A stretch of DNA of 41,623 nucleotides from Bacillota bacterium (GCA_023393045.1 JAEWMV010000154.1:1-41623), one strand, 5' to 3'; counted from the stretch's first letter, positions 24,187 to 34,061 are shown. Notes: generated by a model not told the origin, from the letters alone. Numbers and translations are program-made.

Positions 24187-25884
24187 ATGAGGCAGCAGGA
24201 GCTTATCCGTGCGGCGTACGACGGCGGGGCGACCTACGTCATCAAAAACGCCAACGTGGTAAACGTCTTCACCAACGAAATTGTCCGCGCCGACGTCGCG
24301 CTCTATCACGACGTGATCATCGGCGTGGGCAGCTATTCGGCCGAGGTTGAGTACGACGCAAAAGGCGCGTACCTCGCGCCCGGCTTCATCGACGCGCACG
24401 TCCACATAGAAAGCTCCATGGTGATCCCCTCGAGCTTTATGAAGGTGATTATGCCCTTTGGCACCACCACCATCATCGCCGACCCGCACGAAATCGCAAA
24501 CGTATCGGGCGTGGCGGGCTTTCGCGCGATGTACAAGCTCACGGACGACCTTCCCCTTCGCGTATTGTTCATGATGCCCTCCTGCGTGCCTGCGACGCCC
24601 TTTGAGCACAGCGGCGCAAAGCTTGTGGCGGAGGACATGGAGCAGTTTTTGCACAAGAGCCGCATGCTGGGGCTTGGCGAGGTGATGGATTATGTGAGCA
24701 TCGTCGAAGCCAGACAGGAAATGCTCGACAAGCTGCGCCTCTTTGACGGCAAGCCGATTGACGGTCATGCGCCTCTATTATCCGGCAGGGCGCTCAACGC
24801 CTACCGCGTGGCGGGCCCCTCGACCGATCACGAATGTTCCAACTACGACGAAATTATGGAAAAGCTGCGCACGGGCATGCGCGTGATGATACGCATCGGC
24901 TCCGCCGCAAACGGCATGGAGGAAATACTCTCCCGCATCGCAAAGGAAAAGCTGCCCACCGAAAACCTTCTTTTCTGCACGGACGACAAGCACATCGAGG
25001 ACATCCGCCGCGAAGGGCACATCAATTACAACGCGCGCCTCGCCGTAAAATGCGGCATAGCGCCGGTGGAGGCCGTGAAGATGGCCACCCTCAACACCGC
25101 GCGCGCCTACAACCTGCGGGGCATCGGCGCGATTGCGCCGGGCTACAGGGCCGACATGGTTCTATTTGAAGATTTGAAGGACTTTAAAGTAAAGGAAGTA
25201 TTTACGCGCCTGGGTAAGCCTTTCGAGCCGGACGCGCCCCTGCCCGCGCCCATATTGCCGGGCCAGGTGTTCGACAGCGTGCATATCGCCCCCGTAAAAG
25301 CGGAAAACCTGAAACTGTATTGTAATGAAGACGCGCCCGTCATCAGCATGGTGGAGCGCCAGCTGATGACCAAGCTCGTCTATAAAAAAATCCAGAGGGA
25401 CGCGGAGGGTTGCTTCATCCCCGGCAACGGCCTCAACAAGCTTGCCGTCATAGAGCGCCACCACGCCACGGGCAGTATGGCGGTGGGCATATTGGAGGGG
25501 CTTTGCGTCAAAAACGGGGCCATCGCCTCCACCGTCGCGCACGACAGCCACAACCTCGTCGTCGCGGGCGACAACGACCGGGACATGCTCGCGGCCATCG
25601 ATTCCCTTCGCGAATGCGGCGGGGGATACTGTGTGGTGAGCAGGGGCGTGGTGCTCTCGCGCCTGCCGCTGCCCATCGCGGGCCTGATGACGGACGCGCC
25701 GGTTGAAAGCGTGCTGGAAATCCAGCAGGCGCTGCTCGAGGCCGCGCGCTCCCTCGGCGCAAACTGCGAGGGGGACCCGCTCATCGCCCTTTCCTTCCTT
25801 GCGCTGCCCGTCATCCCCGAGGCGCGCCTCACGGACGAAGGCTTGTTCGACGTCGTCAACATGCGCTTCGTCCCCTATGTTTGA
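24187..25884 (+). CDS. ade: Adenine deaminase
   Basis: I prefer ATG 24187 over the ORF-track start 24109. APGFIDAHVHIESSM metal-binding motif. EVMDY, DGH and the overall ~565-aa length are typical of Ade. Confidence 0.85.
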   Translation: MRQQELIRAAYDGGATYVIKNANVVNVFTNEIVRADVALYHDVIIGVGSYSAEVEYDAKGAYLAPGFIDAHVHIESSMVIPSSFMKVIMPFGTTTIIADPHEIANVSGVAGFRAMYKLTDDLPLRVLFMMPSCVPATPFEHSGAKLVAEDMEQFLHKSRMLGLGEVMDYVSIVEARQEMLDKLRLFDGKPIDGHAPLLSGRALNAYRVAGPSTDHECSNYDEIMEKLRTGMRVMIRIGSAANGMEEILSRIAKEKLPTENLLFCTDDKHIEDIRREGHINYNARLAVKCGIAPVEAVKMATLNTARAYNLRGIGAIAPGYRADMVLFEDLKDFKVKEVFTRLGKPFEPDAPLPAPILPGQVFDSVHIAPVKAENLKLYCNEDAPVISMVERQLMTKLVYKKIQRDAEGCFIPGNGLNKLAVIERHHATGSMAVGILEGLCVKNGAIASTVAHDSHNLVVAGDNDRDMLAAIDSLRECGGGYCVVSRGVVLSRLPLPIAGLMTDAPVESVLEIQQALLEAARSLGANCEGDPLIALSFLALPVIPEARLTDEGLFDVVNMRFVPYV

Positions 25885-25965
25885 TTGCATCGCCCATTGG
25901 GCGGTAACCGTTTGATAGATTCCCGCGCCACAGTACGGCGCAAGCGCATATAAAGGAGGAAGCCT

Positions 25966-28251
25966 ATGGCTGTTGGTGTCAGTGAAAAGCGCGTGGACGC
26001 GTTTGACAAGGTGACGGGCCGCGCGAAATATACGGACGACCTTGCGGACAAATCCGCGCTGATCGTAAAAGTTTTCCGCTCGGAGATCGCGCACGGCTTC
26101 GTGAAGCGCATCGATGTGAGCGAGGCGATGAAAGTTCCCGGCGTGGTGAAAATCGTCACCTGCTTCGACGTGCCGGAGCGCCCCTTCCCCACGGCGGGGC
26201 ATCCGTGGAGCATTGACCTCGGGCATCAGGACATTGCGGACAGGTTTTTATTGAACCGCCACGTCCGCTATTACTGGGACGACGTGGCCGCGGTCGTCGC
26301 GCAAAATGAAGTCGCCGCCGCGCAGGCGGTGCGGGCCATCAAGGCTGAATATGAAGAGCTGCCCTTCGTGCTCGACCCCATAGAGGCCATTAAGGACGGC
26401 GCACCGCAACTGCACGACAGGTTTGAGCACAACATACTCGGCCGCACCTCCTATGAGGACGGCAATTATGAGGAGGCCGTCAAGGAGCCGGGCCTCATCG
26501 TGGTGGACAAATGGTATGAAACGCCCACCGTGCAGCACTGCCACATCGAAAACCACATCTGCTACGCATGGGAGGAAGCGGGAAAAATCAACGTCGTCTC
26601 CTCCACGCAGATTCCGCACATCGTGCGCCGCGTGGTGGGGCAGGCGCTTGGCATCGAGTGGGGCAAGGTGCGCATCGTCAAGCCCTACATCGGCGGCGGT
26701 TTCGGCAACAAGCAGGACGCGCTCTACGAGCCGCTTTGCGCCTATCTTTCCACGCAGGTGGGCGGCAGGCTCGTCAAGTACGACATGAGCCGCGAGGAAA
26801 CCTTTGCCTGCACGCGCGTGCGCCACGCCATACGCTACCACCTCATCTCCCACGTGCGGCCGGACGGCACGTTCGTGGCGGGCAAGCTGGAGGCGTACTC
26901 CAACCAGGGCGCGTACGCAAGCCACGGCCACGGCATCGCCGCCAAGGGCGCGGGTGCCTACCGCCAGCTTTACCGCTGGAGAAACGCCTGCAAGGGCGAC
27001 GCGTACACGGTCTATACCAACACCGCCGCCTCGGGCGCAATGCGCGGCTACGGCATCCCGCAAATCACCTTTGCGCTCGAGAGCCATGTGGACGACATCG
27101 CAAAGGCCCTGAACATGAATCCCGTGGCGCTTCGCAAGCTGAACATGATGGAGGTGGGCTACGTCGACCCCTTCTCCAAGAACGAAAATTATTTTGACAG
27201 CTTCAACCAGTGCATGGAAAAGGGCATGGCCTATATCGACTACAAGCGAAAGCTCAAGGAATACGCCGGGCAGACCGGCCCCGTGCGCCGCGGCGTGGGC
27301 ATGGCGCTGTTCTGGTACAACACGGGCGTATGGCCAATTTCGCTTGAAAGCTCCTCCTGCCGCATGGTGTTGAATCAGGACGGCTCCATACAGCTCCAGC
27401 TCGCGGAGACGGAAATCGGCCAGGGGGCGGACACTGTCTTCGCGCAGATGGCGAGCGAAACGCTCTCCATTCCTTTTGAAAACGTGCATGTCATAAGCGC
27501 GCAGGATACGGACATCACGCCCTTTGGCACGGGCGCGTACGCCTCGCGCCAGACGTATGTGGCGGGCTTTTCCATCAAGCAGACGGCGCTGATGCTGCGC
27601 GATCGCATCCTCGACTACGCGCACCACATCACGCGCATGCCCGCAAGCTCCCTCGACCTTGTGGACGGCGAAATCGTCAACACGGCGGGCGGGCGTAAGC
27701 TGCTTTCCCTCAAGGATCTTGCCATGGAGGCGCTCTACTCCCTCGAGCGCAGCGAGCATATGAGCGCGGAGAGCACCTACCAGATCAAATCCAACGCCTA
27801 TTCCTTTGGCTGCAGCTTTGCGGAGGTAGAGGTAGATATCCCGCTTTGCAAGGTGAACCTTTTGAACCTCGTCAACGTGCACGACTGCGGCAGGCTCATC
27901 AATCCCCAGCTCGCCGAGGCGCAGGTGCACGGCGGCATGAGCATGTCCATCGGCTTCGGCCTCTCTGAGCAGCTCCTCTACGACCCCAAAACGGGCAAGC
28001 CGCTAAACGACAACCTCCTAGACTACAAGCTCTCCACCACCATGGACCATCCGCACCTCGAGGCGCAGTTCGTGGAGAATTACGAGCCTACGAGCGCGTA
28101 CGGCACCAAGGCGCTGGGCGAACCGCCCACCACCAGCCCTGCCGCGGCCATACGAAACGCCGTTTTACATGCGACGGGTGTTGCCATAGACGCGGCGCCG
28201 CTCAATCCCCACAGGCTCTTCGCGCGTTTTCGCGAAGAAGGCCTCGTTTAA
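25966..28251 (+). CDS. xdhA: Xanthine dehydrogenase family, molybdopterin-binding large subunit
   Basis: AAGGAGG RBS. N-terminus KRVDAFDKVTGRAKYTDD. GGGFGNK motif. QGADTVFAQMASE. GEPPTTSPAAAIRNA C-terminal motif. Size and order (761/293/161 aa) mirror XdhABC. Confidence 0.8.
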   Translation: MAVGVSEKRVDAFDKVTGRAKYTDDLADKSALIVKVFRSEIAHGFVKRIDVSEAMKVPGVVKIVTCFDVPERPFPTAGHPWSIDLGHQDIADRFLLNRHVRYYWDDVAAVVAQNEVAAAQAVRAIKAEYEELPFVLDPIEAIKDGAPQLHDRFEHNILGRTSYEDGNYEEAVKEPGLIVVDKWYETPTVQHCHIENHICYAWEEAGKINVVSSTQIPHIVRRVVGQALGIEWGKVRIVKPYIGGGFGNKQDALYEPLCAYLSTQVGGRLVKYDMSREETFACTRVRHAIRYHLISHVRPDGTFVAGKLEAYSNQGAYASHGHGIAAKGAGAYRQLYRWRNACKGDAYTVYTNTAASGAMRGYGIPQITFALESHVDDIAKALNMNPVALRKLNMMEVGYVDPFSKNENYFDSFNQCMEKGMAYIDYKRKLKEYAGQTGPVRRGVGMALFWYNTGVWPISLESSSCRMVLNQDGSIQLQLAETEIGQGADTVFAQMASETLSIPFENVHVISAQDTDITPFGTGAYASRQTYVAGFSIKQTALMLRDRILDYAHHITRMPASSLDLVDGEIVNTAGGRKLLSLKDLAMEALYSLERSEHMSAESTYQIKSNAYSFGCSFAEVEVDIPLCKVNLLNLVNVHDCGRLINPQLAEAQVHGGMSMSIGFGLSEQLLYDPKTGKPLNDNLLDYKLSTTMDHPHLEAQFVENYEPTSAYGTKALGEPPTTSPAAAIRNAVLHATGVAIDAAPLNPHRLFARFREEGLV

Positions 28252-28263
28252 GGAGGTATTGCC

Positions 28264-29145
28264 ATGTACGATATGAAGGCTTTATATGAGGCGACGAGCG
28301 TTGGGCACGCCGTTGCCCTGCTTCTGGAACACCCGGAGGCAAAGATCATCGCGGGCGGAAGCGACGTGCTCGTGCAGATGCGTGAGGGGCGGCTTGCGGG
28401 CCGCGAGCTCGTGAGCATTTATAAGCTCGACGAGCTGCGCGGCGTTACGCTTGAGGCGGACGGCGCCATGCGCATACGCCCGGTGACGAGCTTTTCCCAC
28501 ATTGCAAAAGACCCCGTGGTCAACGCGCATGTGAAGGTGCTCGCCGAGGCCGTGGACAAGGTGGGCGGGCCGCAGGTACGTAACATCGGCACCATAGGCG
28601 GCAACATCTCAAACGGCGTGACGAGCGCGGACTCCGCCTCGACCCTTGTCGCCTACGATGCCATCGTGGAGGTCACGGGGCCGGAGGGTATCCGCCTCAT
28701 CCCCATCGGCGAATGGTACACAGGCCCCGGAAAGGTCGCCCTCAGGCCCGCGGAGCTTTGCACGGCCATCCTCATCAAAAAGGAAAGCTACGAGGGCTAC
28801 TTCGGCCACTACATCAAATACGCCATGCGAAACGCCATGGACATCGCCACGCTCGGCTGCTCCGTGAACGTGAAGCTTTCTCCCGATAAAAAGAGCATTG
28901 CGGACGCGCGCATCGCCTACGGCGTGGCGGGCCCCGTGCCCATGCGCGCGAAGAGCGCGGAAGCGGCGGCAAAGGGCAAGCCCGTATCGAACGAAACGGT
29001 GGAGGCTTTCGCCAAAGCCGCGCTCAACGACGTGAACCCAAGGACGAGTTGGCGCGCGACGAAGGAATTTCGTTTGCACCTCGTGGAGGAGCTTGCGCGG
29101 CGCGCCTTTATTGAATCCATCCGACTTGCGGGAGGTGAGCTCTGA
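28264..29145 (+). CDS. xdhB: Xanthine dehydrogenase family, FAD-binding subunit
   Basis: IIAGGSDVLVQM and NIGTIGGNISNG are FAD-binding (CO-dehydrogenase flavoprotein-type) motifs. Confidence 0.8.
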   Translation: MYDMKALYEATSVGHAVALLLEHPEAKIIAGGSDVLVQMREGRLAGRELVSIYKLDELRGVTLEADGAMRIRPVTSFSHIAKDPVVNAHVKVLAEAVDKVGGPQVRNIGTIGGNISNGVTSADSASTLVAYDAIVEVTGPEGIRLIPIGEWYTGPGKVALRPAELCTAILIKKESYEGYFGHYIKYAMRNAMDIATLGCSVNVKLSPDKKSIADARIAYGVAGPVPMRAKSAEAAAKGKPVSNETVEAFAKAALNDVNPRTSWRATKEFRLHLVEELARRAFIESIRLAGGEL

Positions 29146-29630
29146 TGCCGCAGATGCAGCTTGTGAAATGCACCATCAACGGGCAGGAGACCGAAACCAT
29201 GGTGGACGTGCGCGCGTCCCTCACGGACATGCTGCGCAACGATTACCGCCTGACCTCCGTTAAAAAAGGCTGCGAGGTGGGCGAGTGCGGCGCGTGCAAC
29301 GTAATCATCGACGGGGAATGTTTCAACTCCTGCATCTACCTCGCCGTGTGGGCCGAGGGCAAGCATATCACCACGCTCGAGGGCCTCATGGGACCCAACG
29401 GCGAGCTGACGGACATCCAGCAGGCCTTCATCGACGAGGCGGCGGTACAGTGCGGCTTTTGTACGCCGGGCTTCATCATGACCGCGTGGGAAATACTTGA
29501 GAGCGGACGAGAATACACGCGCGAAGAGCTCAAAAAGCTCCTCGCGGGACACCTGTGCCGCTGCACGGGGTATGAAAACATCATTAACGCGGTGGAAAAA
29601 ACCATGAAAAGGCGCCTTGCCAAGGCATAA
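29145..29630 (+). CDS. xdhC: Xanthine dehydrogenase family, [2Fe-2S]-binding subunit
   Basis: ATGA start/stop overlap with the preceding gene. Cysteine clusters CEVGECGACNV and CGFCTPG...CRCTGY. Confidence 0.85.
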   Translation: MPQMQLVKCTINGQETETMVDVRASLTDMLRNDYRLTSVKKGCEVGECGACNVIIDGECFNSCIYLAVWAEGKHITTLEGLMGPNGELTDIQQAFIDEAAVQCGFCTPGFIMTAWEILESGREYTREELKKLLAGHLCRCTGYENIINAVEKTMKRRLAKA

Positions 29631-29647
29631 AGGCAAAGGGACGGGAT

Positions 29648-30898
29648 ATGGAGCAGCTTCTTCCCCCGCGCGGCGCGCCGCGCTTCGATATGGCCCGCCG
29701 GGTGGAGAGGACGGCGTGGTACCTGCGCCCCGTCATCTGGCTTTTGACCTTCCCCCAGGTTCTTTTGCACAACACAAAAATCCAGAAAGAGGGCATGGCG
29801 GGCATAAAGCCCGCGTACCTTCTCTTGTGCAACCACAACGCGTTCTATGATTTTTCGGTGGCGGCGGTCGCTACCTTCCCGCACAGGGTCAACTATGTGG
29901 TCGCCATAGACGGCTTCATCGGGCGCGAGTGGCTCATGCGCAAGGTGGGCTGCATCTGCAAGCGTAAATTCACGAGCGACCTCGTGCTGGTACGCCAACT
30001 GAAGCGCGTCGTGGACAACGGGGGCATCGCCTGCGTTTACCCCGAGGCGCGCTACTCCCTCTGCGGCACCAACGCCGTGCTGCCCGATTCACTGGGCAAG
30101 CTCGTCAAGCTGCTGGGCGTCCCCGTGGTCACGCTCATCACGCGCGGGCACCACGTCAATTCCCCGTTCTGGAACCTCAAAAAACGCGGCAACCGCACGG
30201 AGGCAAAGCTCTCCCTCACGCTCACAAAAGACGAAATCGCGGCGCTCTCCACCGAGGCCATCAACGCCATGATCAACGACGCTTTTGTTTACGACGACTT
30301 TGCCTGGCAAAAGGAAAGCCATGTGCGCGTGCGCATGAAGGGCCGCGCCGAGGGCTTGCACAAGGTATTATACCAATGCCCCGCCTGCAAAACCGAATAC
30401 CGCATGGGCAGCGCGGAGAATGAAATCTTCTGCACGCACTGCCTCAAGCGCTGGAGCATGGACGAGTACGGCGCGCTCCACGCAACGGAGGGCAAAACCG
30501 AATTTTCCCACATACCGGATTGGTACGAGTGGGAGCGCGCGAACGTCGCCGCCGAAATCGCCGCGGGCGTATACCGCTTTGAGAGCGCGGCGCATGTGGA
30601 TTCCCTGCCAAACAGCAAGCGCTTCATCCACCTCGGCGCGGGTAAGCTCACGCACGACATCACAGGCTTTACCCTTGCAGGCGAATACGAGGGCGAGGCG
30701 TACGCGCATCATTGGGATGCCGCGGCGCTCTATTCCTGCCACATCGAATATGAATATCTGGGCAAATACGGGGACTGCGTGGACCTCAACACGCTTGCGG
30801 ACACGCTCTATATCTACCCCGAGGGAGAGGATTTTTCCGTCACCAAGCTCGCGCTCGCCACGGAGGAATTGTACCGCCGCCACAACCCCAAGGCGTAA
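29648..30898 (+). CDS. Lysophospholipid/glycerol-3-phosphate acyltransferase-like protein (PlsC family) with a C-terminal extension
   Basis: HX4D motif NHNAFYD. VYPEARYS block. CxxC...CxxC (CPACKTEY...CTHCLKRW) zinc-ribbon-like element. Confidence 0.65.
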   Translation: MEQLLPPRGAPRFDMARRVERTAWYLRPVIWLLTFPQVLLHNTKIQKEGMAGIKPAYLLLCNHNAFYDFSVAAVATFPHRVNYVVAIDGFIGREWLMRKVGCICKRKFTSDLVLVRQLKRVVDNGGIACVYPEARYSLCGTNAVLPDSLGKLVKLLGVPVVTLITRGHHVNSPFWNLKKRGNRTEAKLSLTLTKDEIAALSTEAINAMINDAFVYDDFAWQKESHVRVRMKGRAEGLHKVLYQCPACKTEYRMGSAENEIFCTHCLKRWSMDEYGALHATEGKTEFSHIPDWYEWERANVAAEIAAGVYRFESAAHVDSLPNSKRFIHLGAGKLTHDITGFTLAGEYEGEAYAHHWDAAALYSCHIEYEYLGKYGDCVDLNTLADTLYIYPEGEDFSVTKLALATEELYRRHNPKA

Positions 30899-30987
30899 AC
30901 AAACTTTAACGAATTCTCAAGGCGGTGTCATATGCCGCCCGCATGCGCTATAATATTCAACAGAATTCCCGAAAAAAGGAGCTTCAT

Positions 30988-32832
30988 ATGTGCGGAATCG
31001 TCGGCTACATAGGCGACAAGCAGGCTGCCCCCCTTTTGTTAAAGGGGCTTGAAAAGCTCGAATACCGCGGCTATGACTCGGCGGGCCTCGCCGTGGTGGA
31101 CGAAGCGGCGGGCGAAATCGACGTGAAAAAGGCGCGGGGCCGCCTCATCGCGCTGGAGGAAATGACGCAATACGGCGCAATCATACCCGGCACGCTGGGC
31201 ATCGGCCACACGCGCTGGGCCACCCACGGGGAACCCAACGACGTCAACTCCCACCCGCACCTCTCGCTTTCCGGCCGCGTGGCGCTCGTACACAACGGCA
31301 TCATTGAAAATTACGCGGAGCTTCGCGCCTACCTCGTTGAAAAGGGCTATGCCTTCGTTTCCGATACGGACACCGAGGTCGTGGTGCAGCTCATCGACCA
31401 TTATTATCAGGACGACCCCGTGGCCGCTGTGCGGCGCGCCGCGGAGCAGCTGCGCGGCTCTTTCGCGCTTGGCATCGTATTCCGTGACCAGCCGGAGCTT
31501 TTCGTCGCCCTCAGGAAGGATAGCCCGCTCATCGTGGGGCTGGGCGAAAGGGAAAACTTCATCGCCTCGGACGTGCCGGCGCTGCTCGCGCACACGCGGC
31601 GCGTCATACGCCTGGGCGAGCGGGAAATGGCCGTGCTCGCCCGCGATTCGGTCACGATCTACGACCATTTCGGCGTGCTGCTCGCGCCTGAGGTGCTCGA
31701 GATCACATGGGATGCGGCGAGCGCCGAAAAGGGCGGATACGAGCATTTCATGTTGAAGGAAATCATGGAGCAGCCGGAGGCCGTGCGCCGCACCGTCGCC
31801 CCCCGCGTCAGGGAGGACGCAAGCATCGACCTCGGCCTAACCCATCTTACGGACGAGGCGCTGCGCAATATATCGCGCATATGGATTGTGGCGTGCGGTT
31901 CCTCCTACCATGTGGGCATGGTGGCGCGCTACGGTATTGAGCGCATGGCGCGCGTGCCCGTGAGTGTGGCGCTTGCCTCGGAATTTCGCTATGACGACCC
32001 CATGATCGGCGCGGATACGCTGGTGATCATCATCAGCCAGAGCGGGGAGACCATCGACACGCTCTTTGCCCTGCGCGAAGCCAAGGAGCGCGGCGCAAAG
32101 GTTTTATCCATCGTCAACGTCGTGGGCTCGAGCATTGCGGTGGAAAGCACAGACGTGCTCTATACCTGGGCGGGGCCGGAAATCGCCGTGGCCACCACAA
32201 AGGCGTACAGCACGCAGCTTGCCCTGATGCAGCTTTTCACCATACGCCTCGCGCAGGTGCGCGGCCATATCAGCGCGGACGCGGCAAGGGCGGAAGTGCA
32301 GCTTCTGCTCGCCATGCCGGATAAAATTGCGGCGCTCCTCTCGGATACGTCGCAGATGCAATACCTCGCCTCGCTCTATTTCAACCAGCGGGATATCTTC
32401 TTCATGGGGCGCAACCTCGACTACGCGCTCGCGCTCGAAGGCTCCCTCAAATTGAAGGAGATTTCCTACATCCACTCCGAGGCGTACGCCGCGGGGGAAT
32501 TGAAGCACGGCACCATCTCCCTCATCGAGCGGGGCACGCTCGTCATCGCCCTGTGCACGGGGGCCGCGCTGCATGAAAAGATGGTGAGCAACATCCGCGA
32601 GGTCAAGGCGCGCGGGGCGACGGTCATCGCCCTCACCGCAAAGCCCATCCCCATCGACCCGGGCACCTCCGGCAACCCCGACCACATCATAGAACTGCCC
32701 GATTGCGGGGAGCTTTGCGCGCCCTCGCTTTCCATCATACCGCTGCAGCTTTTCGCCTACTATATGGCCCTTTTAAAGGGCTGCGACATCGACAAGCCGA
32801 GGAATCTCGCCAAGAGCGTGACGGTGGAATAA
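30988..32832 (+). CDS. glmS: Glutamine--fructose-6-phosphate aminotransferase (isomerizing)
   Basis: I prefer ATG 30988, giving MCGIVGYIG (N-terminal catalytic Cys). AAGGAG RBS. Two SIS domains. C-terminus KPRNLAKSVTVE. Confidence 0.95.
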   Translation: MCGIVGYIGDKQAAPLLLKGLEKLEYRGYDSAGLAVVDEAAGEIDVKKARGRLIALEEMTQYGAIIPGTLGIGHTRWATHGEPNDVNSHPHLSLSGRVALVHNGIIENYAELRAYLVEKGYAFVSDTDTEVVVQLIDHYYQDDPVAAVRRAAEQLRGSFALGIVFRDQPELFVALRKDSPLIVGLGERENFIASDVPALLAHTRRVIRLGEREMAVLARDSVTIYDHFGVLLAPEVLEITWDAASAEKGGYEHFMLKEIMEQPEAVRRTVAPRVREDASIDLGLTHLTDEALRNISRIWIVACGSSYHVGMVARYGIERMARVPVSVALASEFRYDDPMIGADTLVIIISQSGETIDTLFALREAKERGAKVLSIVNVVGSSIAVESTDVLYTWAGPEIAVATTKAYSTQLALMQLFTIRLAQVRGHISADAARAEVQLLLAMPDKIAALLSDTSQMQYLASLYFNQRDIFFMGRNLDYALALEGSLKLKEISYIHSEAYAAGELKHGTISLIERGTLVIALCTGAALHEKMVSNIREVKARGATVIALTAKPIPIDPGTSGNPDHIIELPDCGELCAPSLSIIPLQLFAYYMALLKGCDIDKPRNLAKSVTVE

Positions 32833-32850
32833 CCGCCTCCGGCGGCTATT

Positions 32851-32875
32851 CCAGCTAATAACGAACAGTGAATAG
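32851..32875 (+). repeat. Stop-rich repeat, copy A
   Basis: ccagctaataacgaacagtgaatag. Identical to 37772-37796 except for one base (g/t). Confidence 0.75.
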
Positions 32876-32887
32876 GTACCAAAAGAA

Positions 32888-32910
32888 GGGATTCCGCTTT
32901 GCGGAATCCC
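32888..32910. terminator. Bidirectional terminator hairpin between glmS and the convergent lipoprotein gene
   Basis: gggattccgc-ttt-gcggaatccc, a perfect 10-bp stem. On the minus strand it is followed by TTCTTTTGG. On the plus strand it is followed by a weaker CACTTGTTGT. Confidence 0.6.
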
Positions 32911-32920
32911 CACTTGTTGT

Positions 32921-32953
32921 AGTTATTCGTTATTCACCGTTAGTTATTCACTG
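32921..32953 (-). repeat. Stop-rich repeat, copy C (inverted orientation)
   Basis: Its reverse complement, cagtgaataactaacggtgaataacgaataact, matches 37779-37807 at 25 of 29 hand-aligned positions. Confidence 0.65.
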
Positions 32954-32981
32954 ATAATTGACAATATAATTGTCAATTATC
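32953..32981. repeat. Perfect palindrome: 13-bp arms with a 3-nt spacer
   Basis: GATAATTGACAAT-ATA-ATTGTCAATTATC. The right arm contains the stop codon (32977-32979) of the minus-strand lipoprotein gene. Confidence 0.8.
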
Positions 32982-33972
32982 CCGCGTAGGGCAATTGCGA
33001 GAACAAATCGTATTCGTTTACGCCGTTTATGGTATAGAACCAATCGTCTGCCGCGAAGTCGACGTAAACGGTGCCGAGCGTACCGTCCTCGGTGACGAAA
33101 TGGACGTAGGTCTTGCCATCCGTATCCACGGGCACAAGCTTCGTGCCCACAGGGAGGGTGGTTTCACCTGTCTGCCCGTCAAGCGTAACGGGGAATTCGG
33201 CGCTTGTCACCATGCAGCCGTACTCCCAGAAACCGTCGGCCGAAAAATCCACGACGCGGTTGACCCACACGCTGTCGGACACGCGCTCGAGGGCAAAGGC
33301 CGTTTCGCTCATTTTATACTGCGTGGCGCACCACCAAGAACCCAGTATATCCACTGTGTCGCCCACGGTGATGACATCGCCTTCTATTTTTTCCACCATG
33401 CCGGAAATCGTGGGCAGCGTATATTCGGGCTGCTCGTCATACGGGTAGGACGCTTCGGCGGCGTAGATATCATTGTAGGTATCGTTCCCGTCGTAGCGGA
33501 ACACCCACGTGGCGTAATCGCTGGACATCACGTCGCCGCTGATGAACAGCTCCACAAGTCCGTCCTTGTCGATATCGTAGGCCAGCGCCACTTCGGGCGG
33601 CGCGTAGGGCAGCTGCAGCGTGGCGTAAGCTTCACCTCCCCCGTCGGAGGCAATTTTCATGGTGATATATTCCCCGTATCCATCCTCGCTCTCGGTCAGC
33701 TCGAAGGAGACATGCTCCAGCTTGCCGTCGCCGTTGAGGTCCATGTCAAGCGTACCCGATTCGGCAAAATCGACGGGGGCCGCGTCCGGCGTGCTCCCAT
33801 CGGGCGTGACGGTCGGACTCGGGAGCGCGGTTTGGGTCTCCTCCGGGCTCTGCGCGGGCGTGTTTTCCCCCGGCGTACCGGTGGCGCTGCCGTCAAGATC
33901 TTCTAAGTATTCGCACGCGCAAAGGGAAAGCGCCAGCGCGGCGCAAAGCAATATAGCAAACAGTTTTTTCAT
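32977..33972 (-). CDS. Lipoprotein with DxDxDG-type (FG-GAP/calcium-binding-like) motifs
   Basis: MKKLFAILLCAALALSLCAC lipobox. Pro/Thr-rich linker. DLNGDGKLE and DIDKDGLVE motifs. Confidence 0.75.
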   Translation of the reverse strand: MKKLFAILLCAALALSLCACEYLEDLDGSATGTPGENTPAQSPEETQTALPSPTVTPDGSTPDAAPVDFAESGTLDMDLNGDGKLEHVSFELTESEDGYGEYITMKIASDGGGEAYATLQLPYAPPEVALAYDIDKDGLVELFISGDVMSSDYATWVFRYDGNDTYNDIYAAEASYPYDEQPEYTLPTISGMVEKIEGDVITVGDTVDILGSWWCATQYKMSETAFALERVSDSVWVNRVVDFSADGFWEYGCMVTSAEFPVTLDGQTGETTLPVGTKLVPVDTDGKTYVHFVTEDGTLGTVYVDFAADDWFYTINGVNEYDLFSQLPYAG

Positions 33973-34023
33973 AATATTAGATGCCCTCTCTATGTCGGCC
34001 GGAAAACCGGCGCATCGTCCTTA

Positions 34024-34061
34024 CATAATAAAACGCCGCATCCCCAAAAAGGGTTGCGGCG
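34024..34061 (-). terminator. Rho-independent terminator after the comB-like gene
   Basis: Minus strand: CGCCGCAACCC-TTTTT-GGGGATGCGGCG, followed by TTTTATT. Confidence 0.7.

Noticed and set aside
30899-30987. glmS ribozyme upstream of glmS, as is common in Firmicutes
   Set aside because: Only 89 nt separate the upstream stop from the glmS ATG, and part of that is a promoter (TATAAT at 30949-30954). This is too short for the ~170-nt ribozyme, and I see none of its conserved core.
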